From assembly GCA_964057225.1 (NCBI GenBank), contig OZ059898.1:13950001-14014000 (forward strand): DNA of 64,000 bases. Reading direction: 5' to 3'. Below are positions 62,231 to 64,000 of the stretch, piece after piece. The translations under genes and the position numbers were made by a program. The DNA comes from Auanema rhodensis. Lineage: Eukaryota; Animalia; Nematoda. Below the pieces are notes generated by a model. That model made no database searches. It was not told where the DNA came from and saw nothing but the letters and a program-made list of their open reading frames with translations. The first letter of the stretch is position 1, and each line of letters opens with the position of its first letter.

Positions 62231-64000
62231 TACGATGGCTCTTGAACTATTTGATTAGATGAGTTGACACATCTTTGACTTCATTGATAATTACGAATGA
62301 AAAGCAGTAACATATTTTTTTCAAACGTTTCACATCAAAAATTCAAAAATGGACAAGCTCAAGTACTTTCAAAATCTTTGCAACATATTGCAAAACGTCA
62401 AACCATTCTTAAAAAATGAAAAATGTATGCGTTTGGGGGGAATCGAACCCCCGTCGAATGCTTGGAAGGCATCCATGCTGACCATTACACCACGAACGCT
62501 ACAATAGGTTGTGAACTATTAGATCAGATGAGTTGACACATCTTTGACTTCATTGATAATTACGAATGAAAAGCAGTAACATATTTTTTTCAAACGTTTC
62601 ACATCAAAAATTCAAAAATGGACAAGCTCAAGTACTTTCAAAATCTTTGCAACATATTGCAAAACGTCAAACCATTCTTAAAAAACGAAAAATGTATGCG
62701 TTCGGGGGGAATCGAACCCCCGTCGAATGCTTGGAAGGCATCCATGCTGACCATTACACCACGAACGCTACGATGGCTCTTGAACTATTAGATTAGATGA
62801 GTTGACACATCTTTGACTTCATTGATAATTACGAATGAAAAGCAGTAACATATTTTTTTCAAACGTTTCACATCAAAAAATCAAAAATGGACAAGCTCAA
62901 GTATTTTCAAAATCTTTGCAACATATTGCAATCAAATCGTTCACAAAAAATGAAAAATGTATGCGTTCGGGGGGAATCGAACCCCCGTCGAATGCTTGGA
63001 AGGCATCCATGCTGACCATTACACCACGAACGCTACGATGGCTCTTGAACTATTTGATTAGATGAGTTGACACATCTTTGACTTCATTGATAATTACGAA
63101 TGAAAAGCAGTAACATATTTTTTTCAAACGTTTCACATCGAAAATTCAAAAATGGACAAGCTCAAGTACTTTCAAAATCTTTGCAACATATTGCAAAACG
63201 TCAAACCATTCTTAAAAAATGAAAAATGTATGCGTTCGGGGGGAATCGAACCCCCGTCGAATGCTTGGAAGGCATCCATGCTGACCATTACACCACGAAC
63301 GCTACAATAGGTTGTGAACTATTAGATTAGATGAGTTGACACATCTTTGACTTCATTGATAATTACGAATGAAAAGCAGTAACATATTTTTTTCAAACGT
63401 TTCACATCAAAAATTCAAAAATGGACAAGCTCAAGTATTTTCAAAATCTTTGCAACATATTGCAAAACGTCAAATCATTCAGCAAAAATGAAAAATGTAT
63501 GCGTTCGGGGGGAATCGAACCCCCGTCGAATGCTTGGAAGGCATCCATGCTGACCATTACACCACGAACGCTACAATAGGTTGTGAACTATTAGATTAGA
63601 TGAGTTGACACATCTTTGACTTCATTGATAATTACGAATGAAAAGCAGTAACATATTTTTTTCAAACGTTTCACATCGAAAATTCAAAAATGGACAAGCT
63701 CAAGTACTTTCAAAATCTTTGCAACATATTGCAAAACGTCAAACCATTCTTAAAAAATGAAAAATGTATGCGTTCGGGGGAAATCGAACCCCCGTCGAAT
63801 GCTTGGAAGGCATCCATGCTGACCATTACACCACGAACGCTACGATGGCTCTTGAACTATTTGATTAGATGAGTTGACACATCTTTGACTTCATATATAA
63901 TTACGAATGAAAAGCAGTAACATATTTTTTTCAAACGTTTCACATCAAAAAATCAAAAATGGACAAGCTCAAGTATTTTCAAAATCTTTGCAACATATTG

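Larger units (their letters stand above)
46735..64000 (-). repeat. tRNA-Gly(TCC) array, segment 6 (~64 units, continues beyond the window)
   Basis: Uninterrupted tandem units apart from a rearranged patch at ~50861-50920. Confidence 0.98.

Noticed and set aside
608-63872. Dozens of 60-84 aa ORFs (MKSSNIFF...MRSGGIEPPSNAWKASMLTITPRT)
   Set aside because: They are antisense translations of the tRNA gene plus spacer, and their frames shift freely with the 265/269-bp unit variants.

Overview
Eukaryotic, AT-rich DNA, very probably from a nematode (short ~45-50 nt introns with TTTTCAG-type acceptors; a tRNA-Gly matching the Caenorhabditis type as I recall it). About half of the window is a head-to-tail tandem array of roughly 120 units of 265-269 bp, each carrying one minus-strand tRNA-Gly(TCC) gene and its oligo-T Pol III terminator. 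Four different transposable elements interrupt the array, with six copies in total. (A) A 7.76-kb BEL/Pao LTR element at 4786-12540 lacks pol but keeps a phlebovirus-type env, a stand-alone zinc-knuckle ORF and a tRNA-like A/B-box cassette. (B) A 3.56-kb non-autonomous LTR element with CG...CG termini, a tRNA-Gln PBS and a predicted antisense spliced ORF is present twice. (C) A 4.19-kb Mutator/MULE DNA transposon with 179-bp TIRs, a 9-bp TSD and an apparently intact ~15-exon transposase is present twice. (D) An intact 8.35-kb BEL/Pao element (endogenous belpaovirus, gag-pol-env, 2405 aa) lies on the minus strand. Three of the four independent insertions fall inside the tRNA coding sequence. 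The B and C pairs come from one ~13.9-kb tandem duplication, and D sits between the two copies. The array also holds anticodon-shifted copies (TCG, ACC), amplified promoter-mutant copies, higher-order repeats and repair scars. All comparisons were made by eye; no searches were run.
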